A stretch of DNA of 32,000 nt. Origin: Erysipelothrix inopinata (lineage in GTDB: Bacteria > Bacillota_I > Bacilli_A > Erysipelotrichales > Erysipelotrichaceae). The number at the start of each line of letters is the position of its first letter. The stretch's first letter is position 1. Location of the stretch: NCBI RefSeq assembly GCF_014396165.1, contig NZ_CP060715.1:1380001-1412000 (forward strand), in the 5' to 3' direction. A model generated the notes under the pieces. It saw nothing but the letters and a program-made list of their open reading frames with translations, searched no databases and was not told the origin of the DNA. Shown here piece by piece: positions 14,478 to 22,346 of this stretch. The translations under genes were made by a program, and so were the position numbers.

Positions 14478-15995
14478 TTATTTGATAACGGTAATGTTAT
14501 CAGAATGATTCACAACTACAGGTGAGTATTTAACGAGGTATTCCATGATTGTATCAATCATTTCTTCTTGAATTTCTTCAAGAGTCTCGCTTTCAGAAAC
14601 CATCGTGTAGTTTCCACCACCCATAGCGCGGTAGTTATTAGTTACGAGTTTGAATGAATCTTCGTCCTTCACCGCTTGCCCTTGATAGGTAAGTGATGTA
14701 ATTCGTGAGCCGCGTGGCTTCGAAACATCGATGGTGTAATCGATACCATCAACCATATCATAGTTATAGTGTTGTGGTTTAGGGCTTACATATTCAGGCG
14801 AAGCAATAATTTCTCCATCGTTATCGAGCGTAAAGTAATGCGCTGTGAATTCAAGCATTTCTCTTAGGTTTTTACCTGATATTTTCTTTACAACTAATGT
14901 GTTTGGATAAAGATAAGTACTCACAAGGTCACGCATCGTAATCGTTTGGTTAAACCCTTTTGTTCCATTAAATAGAGCAACAGAGGATAACTGAGCTTGA
15001 GCACGATCTAACTGAACTTGATTTATCAATGATACAAGCGGATGTTTGTGTACACGAGCATCAAATTCATCTTCGATATGAAGGGGACCATCTTGAAGTG
15101 ATCCTACTGGCTGATCTAGCCACTCTTGAACTGTTTCTTGCAATGTATCAAACGGTCTAAGTAAATCTGTATCAATCGCGTAGTCACTCGTCTGGTGAAG
15201 TTCAGTATGAATTTCGCGGCTATCTAAATCAATAGATGCAGTTGCGAATTCCTGACCTTTAAAAGCACATTGTGTAATCGGAACACCATGAACAACCTCA
15301 CTGAGGCTTCGGTGTTGGTGACCCGTAAGAAGCAGGTCAAGACCTTTAATTTGTGTCATTTCGTAACCTTGGTTTTCACCGGTTAAACGTTCTGTTGGTT
15401 CTCCAGATTGAGGATCACGTTCTAAACCTCCGTGATACATTCCAACTACGAAATCAACGTGGTCTCTAAGTCTTTCAACTTCGGATTTCATCGTTTCATA
15501 AGCATCTTTAAATTCAAAATTTTCAATATGTGATGGACGTTCCCAATTAGGAATGTAGTGTGTAAGCACACCAATAAGAGCAATCTTTTTTCCTTGATAA
15601 TCAATGATTTGAGATTGACCAATAGGTTCACCATTGAGAAGAACATTTGATGTCAGAAGTTTTGCTTTGTTTTCATGAATGTATTTTTTAAGGATATCAG
15701 GACCGTAGTTGAAGTCATGATTTCCAAGATTAATATAATCATAATTTAAAGCATTAAATGCTTGTGCCATTGGATTCATATACTCATTTGGATGCATATG
15801 TGCATAGGTAAGAATCGGAGTTCCTTGGAAGGAATCACCGTTATCAAGAAGTAGAATAGGTCCTTTCAGGCGTGCTTCTTTAATGGCAGTGCTAATGCGA
15901 CTCAAACCGTAAGATTCAATATTCTCACGACTTGTGTAATTAGTAGGGAATATATTCCCGTGTATATCTGTTGTTACTATAATATTTAGTTTCAT
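14478..15995 (-). CDS. Bifunctional metallophosphatase/5'-nucleotidase family protein (CpdB/UshA-like), no signal peptide
   Basis: The calcineurin-like motifs TTDIHGN, DNGDSFQG, GNHDFN and GHQH are followed by a 5'-nucleotidase C-terminal domain. The start is set at the ATG with AAGGTG 6 nt upstream. Confidence 0.85.
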   Translation of the reverse strand: MKLNIIVTTDIHGNIFPTNYTSRENIESYGLSRISTAIKEARLKGPILLLDNGDSFQGTPILTYAHMHPNEYMNPMAQAFNALNYDYINLGNHDFNYGPDILKKYIHENKAKLLTSNVLLNGEPIGQSQIIDYQGKKIALIGVLTHYIPNWERPSHIENFEFKDAYETMKSEVERLRDHVDFVVGMYHGGLERDPQSGEPTERLTGENQGYEMTQIKGLDLLLTGHQHRSLSEVVHGVPITQCAFKGQEFATASIDLDSREIHTELHQTSDYAIDTDLLRPFDTLQETVQEWLDQPVGSLQDGPLHIEDEFDARVHKHPLVSLINQVQLDRAQAQLSSVALFNGTKGFNQTITMRDLVSTYLYPNTLVVKKISGKNLREMLEFTAHYFTLDNDGEIIASPEYVSPKPQHYNYDMVDGIDYTIDVSKPRGSRITSLTYQGQAVKDEDSFKLVTNNYRAMGGGNYTMVSESETLEEIQEEMIDTIMEYLVKYSPVVVNHSDNITVIK

Positions 15996-16097
15996 ATTTA
16001 TCACCTTGTCACATTATATCAAAAAAACGATCATATATTCTCGATAAGCGTTAAACTTTCTAAATATTTAACTTTTGATGGTACAAAAAGGTTCAAT

Positions 16098-16107
16098 TAT
16101 GATAGAA
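16098..16107 (+). promoter_or_regulatory. Candidate extended -10 (aTGaTAGAAT) for the NusG-II/Gx/ABC operon
   Basis: Read from the sequence, about 28 nt upstream of the ATG at 16135. Confidence 0.4.
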
Positions 16108-16134
16108 TCATGTACATACTGGAAAGGAGAAATT

Positions 16135-16515
16135 ATGAATCGTTCAGATAAAATTTTCATTGGAATTGTCTTTGTTCTTGCTATCTCTTTGTTCTTTGTA
16201 ACGGGTAAACTAGCAGAAGTCATTAACAGTGATACAACCCAAGCAGTTGTTACCTATAAAGATAAAGAAGTACTTCGAATTAACATGAATTCAAATGGCT
16301 TTCATACCGTTAAGGGCGAAAAAGGAGACGTAGTCATTGAAGTAAAAGATGGACAGATTCGCGTCGCTGACGAAATTTCTCCATTGAACTATTGTTCCCT
16401 TCAAGGCTGGGTTAATAAAACGAATGTCCCAATCGTTTGCTTACCAAATAAAATCATTATCGAAGTTCAAGCAATCCAAAGTACAACACCTGAAGAGGAT
16501 ATATTCATACGATGA
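16135..16515 (+). CDS. NusG domain II-containing membrane-anchored protein (DUF1312-like)
   Basis: N-terminal TM helix, then a beta-rich domain with the PLNYCSLQGWV...VCLPNKIIIE motif typical of this family. SD GGAAAGGAG. Confidence 0.7.
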   Translation: MNRSDKIFIGIVFVLAISLFFVTGKLAEVINSDTTQAVVTYKDKEVLRINMNSNGFHTVKGEKGDVVIEVKDGQIRVADEISPLNYCSLQGWVNKTNVPIVCLPNKIIIEVQAIQSTTPEEDIFIR

Positions 16516-17012
16516 AACCACAAAACAAAACAAAGAGACTCACTTTGTTAACGATGCTACTTGGGATGGCAATGATCGTTAACATGCTTGAGCCATCATT
16601 ACCGTTTGCTTTTCCTGGAATTAAACTGGGACTTGCAAATGTATTAGGACTTTTTGCACTGTATTTTTTAGGTGTACGTGAAATGTATATTGTCAACATT
16701 ATGCGTGTACTTTTAGTTTCACTTGTAAGGGGAACATTTTTAGGAGCAGGTTTTTGGCCCGCATTTATTGGGTCATTAGTAAGCTGTACGATGGTCGTAT
16801 TATTTAGAAAATTCACAAATATGTCAGAAGTTGGAATTTCTGCTGCGTCCGCAACGTTTCATAATGTCGGCCAGATCCTTGTGATTGTCTTTTATTTTAA
16901 TTCACCATTCATGATCAGTTACTTGCCTATCATGTTATTGTTAGGAATTCCAACAGGAATTCTTACCGGTTACCTTGTACAAGCTATAAATAAACGTTTT
17001 AAAATTTCATAA
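16512..17012 (+). CDS. Gx transporter family protein (heptaprenyl diphosphate synthase component I-like membrane protein)
   Basis: About 5 TM segments with the motifs LEPSLPFAFPGIKLGLANV and HNVGQ. ATGA overlap with the NusG-II gene, which is the usual partner. Confidence 0.7.
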   Translation: MKPQNKTKRLTLLTMLLGMAMIVNMLEPSLPFAFPGIKLGLANVLGLFALYFLGVREMYIVNIMRVLLVSLVRGTFLGAGFWPAFIGSLVSCTMVVLFRKFTNMSEVGISAASATFHNVGQILVIVFYFNSPFMISYLPIMLLLGIPTGILTGYLVQAINKRFKIS

Positions 17013-17022
17013 GAGGTAAACC

Positions 17023-18819
17023 ATGAAACATATCAAATTTATTTCAAAGTATACCCAAGGCGTTCAATATCATTTATTGATTGTGCTCTTGGTATCTTTC
17101 GTATACGTTGGGGTTGTACTTATCAATCCCTTATTATTACAGTTTACCGTTGATCATGTCATCGGTACTACACCCATAACACAACCCTTTCAACAATCTC
17201 TTGTTACGTCCTTGGGAGGCGTTTCAACCTTACAAAATAATCTTTGGATTCTTGCGTTAGCCGTTGTTGTTTTGAATATGGTGAGTGGACTGGCTCTTTT
17301 CATAAGAGGACAGTCAATGGGAACTTTCGCAGAGACTTTTACAGAAAATGTTAGAAATCATCTGTACCAACATCTTCAAATATTACCGTACACATATCAT
17401 GTGAACTCTAAAACTGGAGATTTAATTCAACGCTGTACATCAGATGTTGATCAAATTAATCGTTTCTTAAACAATCAAATTCGTGAACTTATGTATGCGG
17501 TGTTGATGGTTATCATCTCCGTGACAGTTCTCTTTAAAATCAATGTAAAAATGGCATGGATTTCAATGATTGCTTTTCCTATCATCTTTGTTTTTGCATT
17601 CGTTTTCTTTAAAAAAATGCAAGTTCTCTTTAAAGAGAGTGACGAAGCTGAAGCAGAACTATCCAATGTATTTCAAGAGTCATTAGATGCCGTTCGTGTC
17701 GTTAAAGCATTTAATCGTGAACGTTTTGAATTGGAAAAATTTGAACGTAAGAATCGAGATTATCGTGATAAAACACGTCACCTCATTGAGTTGTTGGCTG
17801 TCTATTGGGGTGTTTCCGATTTAATCTGCTTCCTCCAAATCTTATTAGTACTTATCGCAAGTATCTTTGAAGTAAGAAGCGGAGCAATGAGCGTTGGGAA
17901 TGCAATCGTGTTTGTTTCTTATATTAGTATGGTTTTATGGCCAATTCGTAATGTGGGTCGTATTATTTCCGATATGGGGAAAGTTACAGTTGCTATTGAC
18001 CGACTTGAAGAAATTCTTGATGTTGAACCTGAAGAACTTGATAAAGGAATTCAACCAGAAATCAAAGGAAACATTGTGTTCGATAATGTGTCCTTTATGT
18101 ATGATGATGGTCATTCTAATGTCTTAAATGATGTGTCATTCACCATTGATGCGGGACAGACAGTAGCAATTATGGGTCCTACAGGATCTGGTAAATCAAG
18201 TTTAGTTCACTTACTAACACGAATCTATGATGTAACCAAGGGTAATATCATTATCGATGGAACAAATATTAATGAAATTGCTCCCCGATACATTCGCTCT
18301 AAAGTGGGTATTGTGCTTCAAGAACCTTATCTTTTCTCAAAATCAATTTATGAAAACATCCGTGTTGCAACACCTGAAGCATTAGAATTTGAAGTTCATC
18401 AAGCAGCTCAGATTGCTTCAGTCCATGATGTGATTGAATCATTTGATCAAGGATATGAAACGATGGTTGGAGAAAAAGGGGTAACTTTAAGTGGTGGGCA
18501 AAAACAACGCGTTGCGATTGCACGAACTGTTATCAACAAACAACCAATTGTAATCTTTGACGATTCCTTATCTGCATTGGATTCTGAAACCGATGCGAAG
18601 ATTCGCGCAGCATTACAAAAGGAAAATGGCAATGCCACAACAATTATCATTACGCACCGTGTGAACTCGGCACAAAATGCTGATAAGATTTTAGTTATTA
18701 ATAAAGGCGAAATTGTTCAAACAGGAACGCATGCCGAACTTATGAATCAAGAAGGTCTCTATCATACGATTGCTGAAATTCAAAATGTAACAAAGGAGGA
18801 TCGTGATTATGAATCCTAA
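17023..18819 (+). CDS. ABC exporter fused permease/ATPase, heterodimer subunit A (degenerate Walker B)
   Basis: Six-TM domain plus an NBD. Walker A GPTGSGKSS, signature LSGGQKQR, Walker B IVIFDD followed by S instead of the catalytic E. Confidence 0.88.
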   Translation: MKHIKFISKYTQGVQYHLLIVLLVSFVYVGVVLINPLLLQFTVDHVIGTTPITQPFQQSLVTSLGGVSTLQNNLWILALAVVVLNMVSGLALFIRGQSMGTFAETFTENVRNHLYQHLQILPYTYHVNSKTGDLIQRCTSDVDQINRFLNNQIRELMYAVLMVIISVTVLFKINVKMAWISMIAFPIIFVFAFVFFKKMQVLFKESDEAEAELSNVFQESLDAVRVVKAFNRERFELEKFERKNRDYRDKTRHLIELLAVYWGVSDLICFLQILLVLIASIFEVRSGAMSVGNAIVFVSYISMVLWPIRNVGRIISDMGKVTVAIDRLEEILDVEPEELDKGIQPEIKGNIVFDNVSFMYDDGHSNVLNDVSFTIDAGQTVAIMGPTGSGKSSLVHLLTRIYDVTKGNIIIDGTNINEIAPRYIRSKVGIVLQEPYLFSKSIYENIRVATPEALEFEVHQAAQIASVHDVIESFDQGYETMVGEKGVTLSGGQKQRVAIARTVINKQPIVIFDDSLSALDSETDAKIRAALQKENGNATTIIITHRVNSAQNADKILVINKGEIVQTGTHAELMNQEGLYHTIAEIQNVTKEDRDYES

Positions 18820-20647
18820 TTTTGAAGAAGAATCTTTTCAAAATGAGAATCTCGATACCCATTTATGGCGTAAGATTCTCGGACTTTTAAAAAATAATAA
18901 AAAATTAATGTTTACTGCACTTTTATTTGTCATGGGTGAGGCGATGATTACTGTAACGCTACCCATTCTAAATCGATATGCTATCGATGTTTTCTATACA
19001 GGACAAGGTTCTACACGAGAGATAGTCTTATTTACACTTGGATATGCCTTGCTTGTTATTCTCCAAGCATATCTTATCTACCAATTTATTAATCGGTCGG
19101 GATCGGTTGAAATGAATGTCAGTTATGAAACACGACAAAATGCGATGGAAAAACTTCAAAACTTGTCGTTCTCATACTATGATACAACACCAACTGGATG
19201 GATCATGGCTCGTGTAACGAGTGATATTGCTCGGCTTTCTGAAATTTTATCTTGGAGTTTCATTGATTTAATATGGGGTGCATTTATGATGGTCATGTTG
19301 GTTATCGTAATGCTTATTCTCAACTGGAAACTGGCGCTTGTTGTCATCGTTGTCGTTCCATTTGTTTATTATGTGAGTGCATGGTTTCAAAAAAGAATCT
19401 TACGTAACTATCGTAAAGTTCGTTCTGTAAACTCTAAAATAACAAGTGGATTTAGTGAAGGGATATCCGGAGCGAAAACAACAAAAACAATGGCATTGGA
19501 AGAACTTCATTATTCTGAATTTGTAAGTCTTACTCAAGAAATGAAAGAGAAATCAATGCGTGCTATTATCTTTAACGCGATGTATGTACCGATTGTTATT
19601 CTCTTATCATCGCTGGGTAATGCAGGTGTTATTTGGGCGGGTGGAAACCAAGTCTTGCAAGGTGTCATTCAAATTGGTACTTTACTGATGTTTACACAGT
19701 ATGCAAATCAGTTCTTTGAACCATTACGAAATATTTCTGGAATCTTGGCATCACTACAAATGGCACAAGCTTCTGCTGAACGTGTTCTCTCTTTACTTGA
19801 AATGGAATCGGATCTCGTTGATTCAGATGAAGTTATTGCGAAGTATGGTACGATCTTAGAACCCAATGAAGCAGCATATGAACCAATTACTGGTGATATT
19901 GAATTTAAAAATGTCGATTTTTACTATAACAAGGAAGAACCTATCTTGACAAACTTTAATCTTAAGGTTGAACCAAAGAAGCGAATTGCCTTAGTAGGTG
20001 AAACAGGATCGGGTAAGAGTACGATTGTGAATCTTATTTGTCGATTCTATGAACCGAAGGCAGGAGAACTTTTAATTGATGGTGTTGATTATCGTGAACG
20101 TTCCATTGGATGGCTCCATTCAAATCTTGGATATGTCTTGCAAGCACCACACTTGTTCTCAGGCTCTGTAAGCGACAATATTCGTTATGGTCGCTTAGAT
20201 GCCACGGATGAGGAAATCATTGAAGCAGCGAAGCTGGTGGATGCACATGAGTTTATTATGGAATTAGAGGATGGTTACAATACAGATGTAGGAGAGGGTG
20301 GTGGTCGTTTATCGACTGGTCAAAAACAACTTATTTCATTTGCGCGTGCGCTCATTGCACAGCCATCCATCTTTATTCTTGATGAAGCCACATCTTCTAT
20401 CGATACTGAAACTGAAGCAATCATTCAAAATGCTGTTGAAAATGTTCTTCGTGAGAAAACGAGTTTTATTATTGCGCACCGCCTTTCAACTATCGTAAGT
20501 GCGGATCGAATCTTAGTTATTCGCGAAGGTAAAATTATTGAAGATGGTACGCATCAAGAACTCTTGGCTTTAGAAGGTTATTACTATAACTTATATACAA
20601 ACCAATTTAATGAAGACCAAGAAAAAATACTGATGACTGAACTTTAA
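18809..20647 (+). CDS. ABC exporter fused permease/ATPase, heterodimer subunit B (canonical Walker B, deviant signature)
   Basis: Walker A GETGSGKST, signature LSTGQKQL, Walker B IFILDEATSSID. AAGGAGG lies 9 nt upstream of the ATG at 18809. It overlaps the end of subunit A by 11 nt. Confidence 0.88.
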   Translation: MNPNFEEESFQNENLDTHLWRKILGLLKNNKKLMFTALLFVMGEAMITVTLPILNRYAIDVFYTGQGSTREIVLFTLGYALLVILQAYLIYQFINRSGSVEMNVSYETRQNAMEKLQNLSFSYYDTTPTGWIMARVTSDIARLSEILSWSFIDLIWGAFMMVMLVIVMLILNWKLALVVIVVVPFVYYVSAWFQKRILRNYRKVRSVNSKITSGFSEGISGAKTTKTMALEELHYSEFVSLTQEMKEKSMRAIIFNAMYVPIVILLSSLGNAGVIWAGGNQVLQGVIQIGTLLMFTQYANQFFEPLRNISGILASLQMAQASAERVLSLLEMESDLVDSDEVIAKYGTILEPNEAAYEPITGDIEFKNVDFYYNKEEPILTNFNLKVEPKKRIALVGETGSGKSTIVNLICRFYEPKAGELLIDGVDYRERSIGWLHSNLGYVLQAPHLFSGSVSDNIRYGRLDATDEEIIEAAKLVDAHEFIMELEDGYNTDVGEGGGRLSTGQKQLISFARALIAQPSIFILDEATSSIDTETEAIIQNAVENVLREKTSFIIAHRLSTIVSADRILVIREGKIIEDGTHQELLALEGYYYNLYTNQFNEDQEKILMTEL

Positions 20648-20655
20648 GTATCTAA

Positions 20656-20698
20656 GAGCCAACAGATTCTCGATTAGAGAGCTGTTGGTTCTTTTTTA
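20656..20698 (+). terminator. Rho-independent terminator of the ABC operon
   Basis: Stem GAGCCAACAG / CTGTTGGTTC followed by TTTTTT. Confidence 0.75.
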
Positions 20699-20934
20699 TG
20701 GACTATCTTAAGGTGTAAAGACACTATAGAATGGATAGAAGTAGAAAAGACAATTTATAAACTTTGACTATTTTTTATCAAAATTGGCTATCGTTTTGGA
20801 TGCTAGCTTGGAATGTTTGTGGTATGATAACACATGTTATAAACATATGTCACAAATTAAAGGTGCGGAAGATTGTTTATATGTCAAAAATGACCAGTCT
20901 TGCACATTTTTAAATCAAAGTAGGAGATGAAATA

Positions 20935-22053
20935 ATGACAAAAAAGAATGAATCAATCAAGCTTGAAGAAGCTTATGGAGATGTTAACTTAAACATGTTG
21001 GCTGACTTTACCTTAACAAATGGTATTTCAGGTCATGAACGCGACGTTGCGGAAGTTTTTAACTCATGGGTTAAAGATTCTGCAGATGATGTTACTTATG
21101 ATAACTTAGGTTCTATTATCGCTCATAAAAATGGTACTAATGGTGGTCCTAAAATTATGTTTGCAGGACATATTGATGAAATTGGTTTCTTAGTTCGTGA
21201 TATCGAACCGAATGGTTACCTTCGCATTCATCCAGTAGGCGGCTGGTGGCCTCATGTGCTCTTATCTCAACCGGTTACTATCCAAACTCGCGATGGCAAG
21301 TTATACGTCGGTGTGGTGGGTTCTAAAGCGCCTCACGGCATGGCACCTGCTGTTCGTAACAAAGTTATGGATATTAAAGATTTATTCGTAGACCTAGGTG
21401 TGGCTTCTAAAGAAGAAGTTGAACTATTAGGTATTCAAATTGGTGATCCAATTACTCCTAAAGCAGACTTCCATGTTCTTGCAAACCCAAACTACTTAAT
21501 GTCAAAAGCATGGGATAACAGAATTGGTGCAGCAATCGTTGTAGATGTTCTTCGTGAACTCCAAAATGAATCAACAGATGCACATATCTATTCTGTAGGA
21601 ACAGTTCAAGAAGAAGTTGGCCTTAGAGGGGCAAAAACAGCTGCACAAAAAATTAATCCAGATATCGCAATCACAATTGATACAACGATTGCTACTGATA
21701 CACCAGGTGAAGACAACCGAATTAAGTTAGGTGTTGGAACTACATTTGAAGTCATGGACTCATCCTATATTGGTCATAAAGGCCTTATGTATCATCTTCA
21801 AGATCTTGCAGATGAGATGGGAATTGATTACCAATTCGAAGTTCTTGCAGCGGGTGGAACAGATTCTGGAGAGATTCATAAAGTTCATGATGGTGTTATT
21901 ACATTATCAATTTCTATTCCTACTCGTTACATTCACTCACATTACGGAATTGTTCACCGCAAAGATTATGCAGATACTGTAAAGCTTTTAGCTGAGTTCT
22001 GCCGTCGCTGTGATGCAAATGTTCTAACAGAACTTACAAATTACAAACGATAA
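20935..22053 (+). CDS. M42 family metallopeptidase (glutamyl aminopeptidase / YsdC-like)
   Basis: The motifs GISGHERDV, AGHIDEIGF, KAWDNRIG, VQEEVGLRGA and GGTDSG match M42. Confidence 0.85.
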   Translation: MTKKNESIKLEEAYGDVNLNMLADFTLTNGISGHERDVAEVFNSWVKDSADDVTYDNLGSIIAHKNGTNGGPKIMFAGHIDEIGFLVRDIEPNGYLRIHPVGGWWPHVLLSQPVTIQTRDGKLYVGVVGSKAPHGMAPAVRNKVMDIKDLFVDLGVASKEEVELLGIQIGDPITPKADFHVLANPNYLMSKAWDNRIGAAIVVDVLRELQNESTDAHIYSVGTVQEEVGLRGAKTAAQKINPDIAITIDTTIATDTPGEDNRIKLGVGTTFEVMDSSYIGHKGLMYHLQDLADEMGIDYQFEVLAAGGTDSGEIHKVHDGVITLSISIPTRYIHSHYGIVHRKDYADTVKLLAEFCRRCDANVLTELTNYKR

Positions 22054-22058
22054 TACTC

Positions 22059-22086
22059 AAAACAGTCGAAAGGCTGTTTTTTTTTC
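22059..22086 (+). terminator. Rho-independent terminator after the M42 peptidase gene
   Basis: ACAGTC-gaaa-GGCTGT hairpin followed by a 9-T run. Confidence 0.75.
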
Positions 22087-22224
22087 TTGTGTGATAATTA
22101 TGTGTAATCGGTGAAGAAACGAAATTATTTAACTACTTTTGTCATAAATGAATGTAAAGAGTGTAATATTGAATATCAAAAAATCACGCAAAAGAAAATA
22201 ACAAACTAATTTGTGAAGTAAGCC

Positions 22225-22253
22225 TTTACAAACATTATAATATTATGTATAAT
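22225..22253 (+). promoter_or_regulatory. Near-consensus promoter: -35 TTTACA, 17-bp spacer, -10 TATAAT
   Basis: Hexamers at 22225-22230 and 22248-22253. This predicts a ~90-nt leader before the EIIC start. Confidence 0.65.
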
Positions 22254-22305
22254 ACGTTTGTAATTGGTACCTACAACTTAGAAATTGGTGTCAAATACAT
22301 TATAG

Positions 22306-22326
22306 TAGCCAACTGGGAATTGGCTA
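22306..22326 (+). promoter_or_regulatory. Perfect 7-bp palindrome/hairpin TAGCCAA-n7-TTGGCTA in the EIIC leader, just 5' of the SD
   Basis: Read from the sequence. It includes the third AATTGG copy in the leader (others at 22262 and 22283). Confidence 0.4.
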
Positions 22327-22346
22327 ATAGGAGACAGGAGGATATT

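Noticed and set aside
20823-20912. 29-aa upstream ORF (MITHVINICHKLKVRKIVYMSKMTSLAHF) in the long 5' region of the M42 peptidase gene; also considered was a riboswitch or T-box leader.
   Set aside because: There is no SD before the ATG. I see no T-box specifier/antiterminator signature or other riboswitch core I can recognise, and no terminator/antiterminator alternative before 20935. The long gap more likely holds just the promoter (extended -10 TGgTATGAT near 20818-20826).
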